Shown: positions 9,821 through 19,695 of the stretch, one piece after another | Numbering within the stretch: position 1 is the first letter of the stretch | How the letters are laid out: every line of letters starts with the position of its first letter | NCBI GenBank assembly: GCA_012728365.1 | Contig: JAAYFE010000072.1 | Coordinates: forward strand, 10,784-74,783 | Reading direction: 5' to 3' | Source of the DNA: Tissierellia bacterium | GTDB lineage: Bacteria > Bacillota > Clostridia > Tissierellales > Tepidimicrobiaceae | DNA length: 64,000 nucleotides | Made by a program: the position numbers and the translations under genes | Notes under the pieces: model-generated | The model's database searches: none | What the model was told of the DNA's origin: nothing | What the model saw: the letters and a program-made list of their open reading frames with translations, nothing else

Positions 9821-10909
9821 ATGAAATACTTTATAAACTTACAATTATTTGCTGAAGCTGAAAAAACTGAAAAACCAACGCCTAAAAGACGAAGAGAAGC
9901 TAGAGAAGAAGGGCAAGTTGTTCAGAGTAAAGAGCTAACAACTGCATTTATATTATTAGCTGCTTTTTTTGGAATGAAGATATTTGGAGAATATTTAATA
10001 AAATACATGATAGAGTTAATAATTGAAATTTACTCTAATATAGAAAATATTGATATATTATTTAATGAAAATAATTTAATGGTTTATTTTCTAAAAGGAA
10101 TTAAAGCTTATGCAATAATAACTGGGTCTATGCTAGGTATTACTTTTTTAGCCAGTCTCGTAATAAGTTATTTACAAGTTGGATTCTTATTTACAACCAA
10201 ACCTTTAAAAATAAAGCTAAATAGAATAAATCCTGTAGAAGGGTTTAAAAGGCTTTTTTCTAAAAGAGCATTGCTGGAATTTTTAAAGTCAATTTTGAAA
10301 GTTATTTTAATTGGCTATGTAGCTTATTCATATGTAATTGACAATATTTATGGCATAATTAATTTAGTAAACTTTGAATCAATGTCAATATTTACTAATA
10401 TTTTTAATATTTCATATGGTTTTGCCATAAGAATTATTCTTGCAATAATGGTAATTGCTTTTATAGATTATTTTTTTCAATGGAGACAACATGAAAAAAG
10501 TCTTATGATGACCAAACAAGAATTGAAGGAAGAATATAAACAGACAGAAGGAGATCCACTTATAAAGTCTAAAATAAAGGAAAGGCAAAGAAAAATCGCC
10601 ATGTCTAGAATGATACAAGAAGTTCCTAAGGCTGATGTTATTATTACAAACCCAACCCATATTGCTGTAGCAATAAAATATGATAAGGATTTGTATGAAG
10701 CACCTTATGTAATTGCTAAAGGAAAGGATATAGTTGCAGAAAATATTAAAAAGGTTGCACAAGAAAATTCAGTTCCTATAGTTGAAAACAAATCTCTTGC
10801 AAGAGTATTATACGATACATTAGAAATAGGTGATTTAATACCAGAAGAATTATATGAGGCTATAGCAGAAATACTAGCTTATGTTTATAGTTTAAGATAT
10901 AACTACTAG
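9821..10909 (+). CDS. flhB: Flagellar export switch protein FlhB
   Basis: The N-terminal LQLFAEAEKTEKPTPKRRREAREEGQV is present, as is the autocleavage site NPTH (ITNPTHIAVAIKY). Confidence 0.93.
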   Translation: MKYFINLQLFAEAEKTEKPTPKRRREAREEGQVVQSKELTTAFILLAAFFGMKIFGEYLIKYMIELIIEIYSNIENIDILFNENNLMVYFLKGIKAYAIITGSMLGITFLASLVISYLQVGFLFTTKPLKIKLNRINPVEGFKRLFSKRALLEFLKSILKVILIGYVAYSYVIDNIYGIINLVNFESMSIFTNIFNISYGFAIRIILAIMVIAFIDYFFQWRQHEKSLMMTKQELKEEYKQTEGDPLIKSKIKERQRKIAMSRMIQEVPKADVIITNPTHIAVAIKYDKDLYEAPYVIAKGKDIVAENIKKVAQENSVPIVENKSLARVLYDTLEIGDLIPEELYEAIAEILAYVYSLRYNY

Positions 10910-10917
10910 GAGGAAGT

Positions 10918-12951
10918 ATGATGAGATTTAGCGATGTCGTTGTTGCCTTAGGCATTATAGCCATTGTTATTATTATTGTAATTCCTATGCCAAATGCATT
11001 ATTGGACATTTTACTAAGTATTAATATTGCATTATCATTACTAATATTATTAATTTCCATGTATACTGAGGACTCTCTAAAAATTTCTATATTTCCTTCC
11101 CTCTTGCTCATCGCTACCCTCTACAGGTTAGCTTTAAGTATATCTACAACTAGAAATATATTAAGCAAAGGTGATGCAGGAAGTGTAGTAGAGACTTTTG
11201 GAAACTTTGTAACTGGAGACAATATTGTAGTTGGTTTTATTATATTTCTTATTATTTCAATAATACAATTTATAGTAATTACCAAAGGTGCTGAAAGGGT
11301 GGCAGAAGTATCTGCAAGATTTACACTAGATGCAATGCCAGGAAAACAAATGGCTATAGATGCTGATTTAAATGCAGGTTTAATAACAGAACAAGAAGCT
11401 ATAAAGAGAAGAAAAGAAGTCCAAAGAAATGCAGATTTTTACGGTGCTATGGATGGTGCATCTAAATTTGTAAAAGGAGATGCCATTGCTGGACTTCTTA
11501 TTATAGCAATAGATATTATAGGCGGAATTATTATCGGGGTTGTTATGCATGGAATGCCTATCGTGGAAGCGTTAGATAAATATGTAAGGCTTACTGTTGG
11601 TGATGGATTAGTAAGCCAAATACCAGCTCTTTTGGTTTCAACTGCAACTGGCCTTGTTGTTACAAGGGCAGCTTCCGAGTCCAGTTTAGGCAGAGATTTT
11701 GTACAACAGCTGTTTGGTAACTATCCTAAATTATTATATATGGTAGGCGGAGTTTTAGCCTTTTTAGGAATTGCAACACCTTTACCAGCCTCCAAGTTAT
11801 TTATATTAGGATTTTTATTAGCTATACTAGGTTATCTAATGGATAAAGGTCCAGAAGAGGAAGTTGAAGATAGTGTGGAAGAAATTACTCAAGTGGAAGA
11901 GCTGAGAAAGCCAGAAAATGTTTATGAATTATTAAAAATAGATGATATAGAGGTGGAATTTGGATATGGCCTAATACCTTTAGCTGATGTAGACCAAGGC
12001 GGAGACTTATTAGATAGAATTGTAATGATAAGAAGGCAAATTGCTATGGAACTAGGACTTGTGGTGCCTACTGTACGTCTAAGAGATAATATACAGCTTA
12101 ATCCAAATGAATATGTTATAAAGATAAAGGGAGTAAAAGTTGCAGGAGGAGAAGTTTATTTTGATCATTATCTTGCCATGGATCCTGGAACTGGAGAAGG
12201 AGAAATAGAAGGTATTGATACTATTGAACCTGCCTTTGGCCTACCTGCAAAGTGGATAACTGATAAGGAAAGGGAAAAGGCAGAAGTTTTTGGATATACA
12301 GTGGTAGACCCACCTTCTGTAATAGCTACCCATTTAACTGAAGTAATAAAAGAAAATGCCCATGAACTTATTGGTAGGCAGGATGTGAAAGCATTAATAG
12401 ATAATATAAAGGAAGAATATCCAGCAGTAGTTGAAGAACTTGTACCCAAGATATTGTCCTTAGGAGATATTCAAAAAGTATTATCTAACCTATTGAAGGA
12501 ACAAATAAGCATTAGAGATATGGTAACTATATTAGAAACTTTAGCTGATTATGGGAGAATAACCCATGATACAGATTTACTTACTGAATATGTAAGACAA
12601 AGACTATCTGGATATATAACAAATAAATATGTGGAAGATGGTAAGCAGCTAAATGTTGTGACTTTGGACAACTCTGTGGAGGAAGCCATAATGAACTCTA
12701 TTAACAAGACTGAAACGGGTTCATACTTATCCTTAGAGCCTAATACTGCCCAGAGAATACTAAGCAATACTTTAAAAGCAGTTCAAAAGTTAACTAATAT
12801 AGGAGCTCAACCTATTGTACTTACTGCTCCAATAGTTAGGTTATACTTTAAAAGATTAACTGAGCAATTAACTAGGGATCTAATAGTATTATCCTATAAT
12901 GAAATAGAACCATCGGTAGAAATAAAATCTATTGAGGTGGTGAATATGTAA
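10918..12951 (+). CDS. flhA: Flagellar export gate protein FlhA
   Basis: It is 677 aa with the conserved FHIPEP region (ERVAEVSARFTLDAMPGKQMAIDADL). AGGAGG precedes the ATG. Confidence 0.95.
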   Translation: MMRFSDVVVALGIIAIVIIIVIPMPNALLDILLSINIALSLLILLISMYTEDSLKISIFPSLLLIATLYRLALSISTTRNILSKGDAGSVVETFGNFVTGDNIVVGFIIFLIISIIQFIVITKGAERVAEVSARFTLDAMPGKQMAIDADLNAGLITEQEAIKRRKEVQRNADFYGAMDGASKFVKGDAIAGLLIIAIDIIGGIIIGVVMHGMPIVEALDKYVRLTVGDGLVSQIPALLVSTATGLVVTRAASESSLGRDFVQQLFGNYPKLLYMVGGVLAFLGIATPLPASKLFILGFLLAILGYLMDKGPEEEVEDSVEEITQVEELRKPENVYELLKIDDIEVEFGYGLIPLADVDQGGDLLDRIVMIRRQIAMELGLVVPTVRLRDNIQLNPNEYVIKIKGVKVAGGEVYFDHYLAMDPGTGEGEIEGIDTIEPAFGLPAKWITDKEREKAEVFGYTVVDPPSVIATHLTEVIKENAHELIGRQDVKALIDNIKEEYPAVVEELVPKILSLGDIQKVLSNLLKEQISIRDMVTILETLADYGRITHDTDLLTEYVRQRLSGYITNKYVEDGKQLNVVTLDNSVEEAIMNSINKTETGSYLSLEPNTAQRILSNTLKAVQKLTNIGAQPIVLTAPIVRLYFKRLTEQLTRDLIVLSYNEIEPSVEIKSIEVVNM

Positions 12952-14024
12952 TGAAGATAAAGAAGTATATTGGTTATACTACACGTGAAGCTATGGAAAA
13001 GATGAAAATGGATTTAGGACTTGATGCTATAATATTAAGTACTAGAACTATAAAGCAAAAAGGGCTATTAGGCTTTTTCAAAAGGTCTTTAGTTGAAATT
13101 ACAGCAGCCTATGATGATAAAAAACAAGTATCCCTTAATAAAAAAGAAGAAGGGTTAAATAAAATTAATAATGAGCTTAAAGCTCTTAAAAATATGATAA
13201 ATGATATTTCCTCTAATATAAAAGGCAGCAATTTACAAATAGATCCAAATCTAATGGAATATTGGACACGCCTTGTAGAGAATGGTGTAGATGACGCCAT
13301 TGCTACATCAATATTGAAAAAACTGAGTCAACAGATAAACTTAAACTTTAAAGACAGCTTATCAATAAGAAATATTGTAAAGAAAATACTAATAGAATAC
13401 TTAGGAAAGCCAGCTCCTTTAGATTTAAAAGGTCAAGAACAGAAGGTTGTATTTTTCATTGGACCCACAGGAGTAGGGAAAACTACTACTTTAGCTAAAA
13501 TTGCTGCCCAAATGATTATGAAAAAAAATTGGGATATAGGTTTAATTACCTCAGACACCTATAGAATAGCAGCGGTAGAACAGCTTAAAGTGTATTCTGA
13601 AATACTTAATATACCTTTAGAAGTAATATATAATGAAGAAGACATGTTTAGAGCTCTTGTTCAATTAAAAGAAAAACATCTAATATTTGTCGATACTACA
13701 GGTAGAAGCCATAAGGATTTAGATGAGAAGGATGAGATTTTTAATATAATTAATTCTATTAAAAATAAAGAGATTTATTTAGTACTAAGTAGCACGACAG
13801 ATTATGCTACCCTTAAATCTATTGTTGAGAAATACAAATTTATTCATAATTACAAGATCATATTTACAAAGATAGATGAAGCTGAAAAGTTAGGAAATAT
13901 ACTTAATGTTAGATACTTAACAAATAAACCTATTGCTTATTTAACTACAGGACAAGATGTACCGGATGATATTGAAGTAATGAATACAGATAAAATTGTT
14001 GAATTATTATTAGGAGAGATATAG
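12951..14024 (+). CDS. flhF: Flagellar SRP-type GTPase FlhF
   Basis: The NG-domain motifs are GPTGVGKTTT (G1), DTYRIAAVEQL, DTTGRS and TKIDE. Confidence 0.9.
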   Translation: MKIKKYIGYTTREAMEKMKMDLGLDAIILSTRTIKQKGLLGFFKRSLVEITAAYDDKKQVSLNKKEEGLNKINNELKALKNMINDISSNIKGSNLQIDPNLMEYWTRLVENGVDDAIATSILKKLSQQINLNFKDSLSIRNIVKKILIEYLGKPAPLDLKGQEQKVVFFIGPTGVGKTTTLAKIAAQMIMKKNWDIGLITSDTYRIAAVEQLKVYSEILNIPLEVIYNEEDMFRALVQLKEKHLIFVDTTGRSHKDLDEKDEIFNIINSIKNKEIYLVLSSTTDYATLKSIVEKYKFIHNYKIIFTKIDEAEKLGNILNVRYLTNKPIAYLTTGQDVPDDIEVMNTDKIVELLLGEI

Positions 14025-14025
14025 T

Positions 14026-14925
14026 ATGAAAGATCAAGCTTACAATTTAAGAAAAAAAATGAAGGACATATATTTAAATAGTAAAAACACTTCTGTAAAA
14101 AAGAAGGCTAAAGTTCTCACTATAACTAGTGGTTAAGGTGGTGTGGGCAAAACTAATATTGCAGTTAATTTAGCAATTTCAATTAAGCGTTTAGGGTATA
14201 CGGTTGTTGTAATTGATGTGGACTTTGGTTTAGCAAATGTTGAAATAGTAACAGGCATAAATATAAAACATACTATATCTGATGCTATAATTAATTATAA
14301 AAAAATAGAAGAAATAATGGCAGATGGCCCAGAAGGTATAAAAATTATTTCTGGTGGTTTTGGGTTACATGAGAAAATTATTATGAATGATAAAAATATC
14401 AATTTTTTTTTAAAAGAAATGGAGAAGCTAGAAGATTCAGTAGATTTTATAATAATTGATACAGGAGCTGGTGTATCCATGGAGCTTTTAAATTTTATTA
14501 TGGCAGCAGATGAAACAGTACTTATTACTACGCCTGATCCTACATCAATTATGGATAGCTATACAATTCTAAAGGCTTTGACTATGAAGGGATATAAGGG
14601 TAAACTAAATATAGTAGCAAATATTGTTAATAATAGGAAAGAGGCTTATGAAACTTACAATAAACTTTTTAAAGCTTCCAAAAATTTTCTGAATCAAGAG
14701 CTCCAGTTTTTAGGGTTTTTAGAAAGAGATGATATAGTTAACAAAGCTGTTAAAAATCAATGTCCATTTATAATATCTAATCCAAATTCATCTATATCAA
14801 AAAGAATAAATATTATGGCATTAAAGTTTGCTGATCCAAGCAAATATAAAAGAAAAGAAAGAAAAAGTTTTGTAAGTAAGTTAATAGAATTATTTGCTGT
14901 ACGAGGAGGATTCAATGGCAGATAA
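14026..14925 (+). pseudogene. flhG: MinD/ParA-type flagellar number regulator FlhG (YlxH), interrupted by one in-frame TAA at 14134-14136
   Basis: The frame from ATG 14026 reads MKDQAYNLRKKM...KVLTITSG*GGVGKTNIAVNLA. The stop occupies the signature-lysine position of the deviant Walker A (SGKGGVGKT). The rest of the frame is open and conserved, with IIIDTGAG and a C-terminal amphipathic helix. Confidence 0.8.
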
Positions 14926-15586
14926 AGAAATGGGAACTCTAAAAATAGGTGATAAAATTGAAATTTATAAAAAATATTCATCTGAGAAAGAAATATATCC
15001 AAGCAAAATATTGGATATATTAGAAGATAATAAATTTGTAATAAGTGGACCCATGAAAAAACATAATCTGATTTTCTTACATAATGATGAAATTGTTACT
15101 GTAGTAAGTTTAATTGAAAATAAAGGTAGATATGAATTTGATGCAAAAGTTATAAGTAGATATTTGGATAAAGTATATAAGGTAAAATTACAAAAAATTT
15201 CTGAAATAAGGAAAATACAGTTAAGGGAGTATTATAGATTCAATATATCAATACCTGTAATAAAACGTTTTACTGTAAAAAAAGAGACTTTAGAAGAATC
15301 TATTATTGAAGAAGAATGCAGAACGAAAGATATAAGTGGTGGGGGTTTAAGGTTACTAACTAATTATGCTCATAATATAGGAGATATAATAGAATGTGAA
15401 TTTAAAATAGAAGGTAGAATAATAATATCAAAAGCTAAAATTATTAGGGTGGAACCAGTGGATACATTTGAATATAAATATGGTATGGGAATACAATTTA
15501 TAGATATTAATGAAAGGGATAGGGATGCTATAGTAAAATTTATTTTTACAAAAGAAAGAGAGTTAAGAGAAAAAGGATTGATTTAA
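14915..15586 (+). CDS. PilZ-domain flagellar brake protein (YcgR/MotI-like c-di-GMP receptor)
   Basis: The PilZ motifs RxxxR (LREYYRFN) and DxSxxG (DISGGGLRL) are present. GGAGGA precedes ATG 14915. Confidence 0.8.
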   Translation: MADKEMGTLKIGDKIEIYKKYSSEKEIYPSKILDILEDNKFVISGPMKKHNLIFLHNDEIVTVVSLIENKGRYEFDAKVISRYLDKVYKVKLQKISEIRKIQLREYYRFNISIPVIKRFTVKKETLEESIIEEECRTKDISGGGLRLLTNYAHNIGDIIECEFKIEGRIIISKAKIIRVEPVDTFEYKYGMGIQFIDINERDRDAIVKFIFTKERELREKGLI

Positions 15587-16633
15587 GTGATTAGAGTATT
15601 GATAGTCGATGATTCACCTTTTATGAGAAGAATCTTAAAACGAATCATTGAAAGTGAAGATGGTATAGTTGTTGTTGGGGAAGCAAAAAATGGGCAAGAA
15701 GCTTTGGAAAGTATATATACCTTAAAACCAGATGTAATTACTCTGGATATTGAAATGCCAATAATGGATGGTTTGACTGCGCTGAGAAAGGTGATTAGTA
15801 CTTTTAATATTCCTGTAATAATGTTAAGTAGTTATACTAAAGAAGGTGCATGCTTAACTTTAAAAGCTTTAGAAGAAGGAGCCTTCGATTTTATACCAAA
15901 GCCTACTAATGTTTTCAAAATAGAAGGACAAGCTTTTCAACAAGAGTTAATATCCAAAATAAAGGTAGCTGCTAAATCCAAATGTAAATCTATTAAACCA
16001 ATGGAAATTATTGAAAGTAAAGCAAAAGTATTAGATAGAAATAAACACAAAAATAATACCTTTGAATATTTAATTGCAATAGGTGCATCTACAGGTGGGC
16101 CAAGGGCACTTCAATATGTAATACCTTTGATTCCCAAAACTATAAATGCTTCCATAGTTGTAGTACAACATATGCCACCGAAATTTACCAAATCATTTGC
16201 TGATAGATTAAATAATCTTTCTCAATTAGATGTATTTGAAGGGGAGGACAATCTAATTCTTAAAAGAGGATGTTGTTATATAGCACCTGGTGATTTTCAT
16301 ATGAAAGTGATGCAGGAGGATGATGTGTATAAGCTAAAGTTAGATAAAGGTCCTCATGTAAAAGGCTTAAGGCCTTCTGTGGATGTTTTAATGGAGTCAG
16401 TGGCAAAATTAAAAGGATTGAAAATTATTGGTGTTATACTGACAGGAGTGGGTACAGACGGGGCAACAGGTGTTGTTGAAATAAAAAAGGCAAATGGTTA
16501 TGTTATGGCTCAAGATAAAGACTCTTCTACAGTATTTGGAATGCCTAGAGCTGCAATAGAAACAAATTGTGTAGACAGGATTGTACCTTTAAATAGACTT
16601 GTTGATGAGATTATTGAATTTGTGGGGGTGTAG
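15587..16633 (+). CDS. cheB: Chemotaxis methylesterase/response regulator CheB
   Basis: A receiver domain (VLIVDDSPFMR, ITLDIEMPIMDG) is followed by a CheB methylesterase domain (IGASTGGP, VVQHMP, LTGVGTDG). The start is GTG. Confidence 0.92.
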   Translation: MIRVLIVDDSPFMRRILKRIIESEDGIVVVGEAKNGQEALESIYTLKPDVITLDIEMPIMDGLTALRKVISTFNIPVIMLSSYTKEGACLTLKALEEGAFDFIPKPTNVFKIEGQAFQQELISKIKVAAKSKCKSIKPMEIIESKAKVLDRNKHKNNTFEYLIAIGASTGGPRALQYVIPLIPKTINASIVVVQHMPPKFTKSFADRLNNLSQLDVFEGEDNLILKRGCCYIAPGDFHMKVMQEDDVYKLKLDKGPHVKGLRPSVDVLMESVAKLKGLKIIGVILTGVGTDGATGVVEIKKANGYVMAQDKDSSTVFGMPRAAIETNCVDRIVPLNRLVDEIIEFVGV

Positions 16634-16635
16634 TT

Positions 16636-18636
16636 ATGGAATCAGACTTAAAGCAGTATATGAACCTATTTATTGAAGAATCAAAAGAACATTTGCAAAG
16701 CATGAATGATGCTTTGTTGGAATTAGAAAAAGAAAGAGATAATATGGAGCTAATTAATGAAATATTTAGAGTAGCCCATACTTTAAAAGGAATGTCAGGC
16801 ACAATGGGATTTACTCATATGGCGAACTTAACCCATGAGATGGAAAATGTATTAGATGAAATCAGAAGTAAAGGCATTAAGTTAAGTGAAAATATTATAG
16901 ATATATTATTTGAATGTTTTGATGAATTAGATGAAATAGTCAACCATATTTCGGAAAAAGGAGAGGAAATGGATGAGCAAAAGGATGAACTAATTTTGAA
17001 GTTAAGAAAATTATTAAAAGAAGAGGAATTACAAGAGTCAGCAAATTATTTAGGCCTCTTAGATAAAAAAGATGACAAAAAACTGGATGGATTTGTATTA
17101 AACATTATAAAAGAAGCAGAAGAGAGTGGCTTTAACTCTTATAAAATTCATGTACATTTAAGCCCTGACTGTATGTTAAAATCTGCAAGAGCCTTTATTG
17201 TATTTAACCTGTTAGAAAAATTAGGCACCATTGTTTATTCTGATCCACCTGTGGAGGATATAGAAGACGAAAAGTTTGACCTAAGTTTCACTATAGTCTT
17301 AATAAGTAATTTAACTAAAGAAGAATTGAGAGAAAAGATATATGGAATATCAGAAATTGACAATGTGGAAGTGGATCAGATCCATACAGAAAAAAAATCT
17401 AAAACAGTAAGAGTTAATAATGAAAGAGTAAAAATAAAGGATAATAAAAAAGAAAAGGAGATAAAGTCCGTAAATAGTAAGGAAAATAGAAAAATTGTTA
17501 AAACTGTAAGGGTTGATATAGAGAGACTTGACAATCTAATGAATCTAGTTAGTGAATTAATAATTATAAAGACTAGAATGGATGAGTTAAAAGATAATTC
17601 AAACATGGAAGAAATGACGAATACTATAGAATATTTAGAAAGAATTACAACTAATTTGCATGATGCTGTAATGCAGGTACGCATGGTTCCTATTGAAAGA
17701 GTATTTAACAGATTTCCACGCATGGTGAGGGATTTGTCTAAAGAGTTAGATAAAAAAGTGAATTTGATTATGTATGGTGAAAATACAGAAGTAGACAGAA
17801 CTGTTATAGACGAAATTGGAGACCCTTTAATACATCTTATTAGAAATTCTTTAGACCATGGTATAGAAAAAGCTGAAGATCGAATAAAATTAGGGAAATC
17901 CGAAGAAGGGAATATAGTACTAAAAGCTTATCCTGATGGCAATAATGTGGTTATTGAGCTATCAGATGATGGAAGGGGAATAGATTTTAATAAGGTTAAA
18001 GAAAAGGCCGTTAAAATAGGGCTATATACCAATGAAGAAATAGATGAAATGTCTGAAGAGGACTTAAATAATATATTGTTTGAACCAGGATTCAGTACAT
18101 CTGAAAATATTACAGAAATTTCTGGAAGAGGTGTTGGTTTAGATGTAGTTAAAAATAAAATTGAATCTATAAATGGTTCTATAGAGTTAGAAACAATAAA
18201 GGATAAGGGAACTAAATTTACCATAAGAATACCTCTCACTTTAGCAATTATACAAGCCCTTTTGATTAAGGTTGTAGATGAAACTTATGCCATACCTCTA
18301 AGTTCCATAACTGAGATAATAACTATTGATAAAAATGATATAAGGAATTTACAAGGGCAAGAAATTACTCTATATAGAGGAAATACAATTCCAATAGTAA
18401 GATTAAATAAACTTCTAGGACTTAATGATGAAGAGTACATAGATGAACATATTGCTGTTGTTGTAAGAAAAGGAGATAAACAAGCTGCTTTACTGGTAAC
18501 CAATTTAATAGGTCAACAGGAAATAGTTATAAAACCCTTAGGAAAATATCTATCAAATATTAAGATGTTCTCTGGGGCTACTATACTAGGTAATGGAAAT
18601 ATATCTCTAATAATTGATGTTAATTCTTTGATTTAG
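16636..18636 (+). CDS. cheA: Chemotaxis histidine kinase CheA
   Basis: The Hpt domain carries the phospho-His (FRVAHTLKGMSGTMGF). The dimerisation, HATPase (IRNSLDHGIE, DDGRGID, GRGVGLDVV) and C-terminal CheW-like domains are all present. Confidence 0.95.
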   Translation: MESDLKQYMNLFIEESKEHLQSMNDALLELEKERDNMELINEIFRVAHTLKGMSGTMGFTHMANLTHEMENVLDEIRSKGIKLSENIIDILFECFDELDEIVNHISEKGEEMDEQKDELILKLRKLLKEEELQESANYLGLLDKKDDKKLDGFVLNIIKEAEESGFNSYKIHVHLSPDCMLKSARAFIVFNLLEKLGTIVYSDPPVEDIEDEKFDLSFTIVLISNLTKEELREKIYGISEIDNVEVDQIHTEKKSKTVRVNNERVKIKDNKKEKEIKSVNSKENRKIVKTVRVDIERLDNLMNLVSELIIIKTRMDELKDNSNMEEMTNTIEYLERITTNLHDAVMQVRMVPIERVFNRFPRMVRDLSKELDKKVNLIMYGENTEVDRTVIDEIGDPLIHLIRNSLDHGIEKAEDRIKLGKSEEGNIVLKAYPDGNNVVIELSDDGRGIDFNKVKEKAVKIGLYTNEEIDEMSEEDLNNILFEPGFSTSENITEISGRGVGLDVVKNKIESINGSIELETIKDKGTKFTIRIPLTLAIIQALLIKVVDETYAIPLSSITEIITIDKNDIRNLQGQEITLYRGNTIPIVRLNKLLGLNDEEYIDEHIAVVVRKGDKQAALLVTNLIGQQEIVIKPLGKYLSNIKMFSGATILGNGNISLIIDVNSLI

Positions 18637-18646
18637 GAGGTATTAT

Positions 18647-19078
18647 ATGACTTTAACTATAAAAAATAAGTATGTTATTTTTAAATTAGGAGAGGAATAC
18701 TATGGTCTACCTGTTAATAATGTATTATTTATTGAAAGAATTGGCAGAATAACGAGGATTCCTAATTCACCAAAATATATATTAGGTTAAATAAATTTGA
18801 GAGGAGATGTAATCCCTGTAGTAGATTTAAGTATGAAACTGGGGTTTAAGAGTAATAAAATAAATGATAGTAATAGAATTATAATTGTTAAAGAAGAAGA
18901 AATTGTAGCAGGACTAATGGTAGATTCATCTTCGGAAGTTTTAGAAATTTCTCAGGACGATATAGACAAGCCTCCTGTTTCTAAATCTAATGAATTATTG
19001 GATTATGTTGAAGGAATTGGGAAGACTAAAGAAAGGATTATTTTAATATTAAACCTAAAAAAACTATTAAAACACTGA
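18647..19078 (+). pseudogene. cheW: Chemotaxis coupling protein CheW, interrupted by one in-frame TAA at 18788-18790
   Basis: The frame from ATG 18647 reads MTLTIKNKYVIFKLGEEYYGLPVNNV...IPNSPKYILG*INLRGDVIPVVDL. The stop lies inside the conserved GxINLRG motif. GGAGG precedes ATG 18647, and the downstream frame is fully open. Confidence 0.8.
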
Positions 19079-19082
19079 GGAG

Positions 19083-19694
19083 ATGGACATGGCTTCATGC
19101 AAATTTAATGATGATATTATAATTGATGTATTAAAAGAGATAGGAAATATTGGTTCTGGAAATGCTGTGACAGCTTTAGCTAGTATGCTTTCTAAAAAAG
19201 TCAAAATGAGTGTACCAAAGGTAAGGATCATAGATTTTAAACAAGTACCTACTATTTTAGGAGGAGAAGAAGAAATAGTTGTCGGAATATATCTATACTT
19301 AAATGAAGATGTAGAAGGCAATATCATGTTTGTATTAGATATAAAGTCAGCACAAAATTTATTAGAAATGTTATTAAACAAAAAAATTAAAGAGTTTGAT
19401 GAAATATCTATTTCAGCCCTATCGGAGGTAGGAAATATAGTAGCATCTTCCTATGTAAATTCTTTAAGTACTCTTACTGGATTGAAAATATCTGTATCTA
19501 TACCATCCATAGCTATTGATATGGCAGGTGCAATACTATCTGTACCTGCAATTCAATTTGGTTTTATAGCTGATCAAGCCCTATTTATAGAAACAGTTTT
19601 TGAAGAAGGAGCTCATTCAGTGAAGGGTAATTTGTTTTTATTGCCTGATATTTATTCCTTTAAAAAAATGCTATATGGATTAGGAGTATTATAA
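19083..19694 (+). CDS. cheC: CheY-P phosphatase CheC
   Basis: Two CheC repeats are present (LKEIGNIGSGNAVTALASML and LSEVGNIVASSYVNSLS). It is 203 aa and lies upstream of cheD. Confidence 0.85.
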   Translation: MDMASCKFNDDIIIDVLKEIGNIGSGNAVTALASMLSKKVKMSVPKVRIIDFKQVPTILGGEEEIVVGIYLYLNEDVEGNIMFVLDIKSAQNLLEMLLNKKIKEFDEISISALSEVGNIVASSYVNSLSTLTGLKISVSIPSIAIDMAGAILSVPAIQFGFIADQALFIETVFEEGAHSVKGNLFLLPDIYSFKKMLYGLGVL

Positions 19695-19695
19695 T

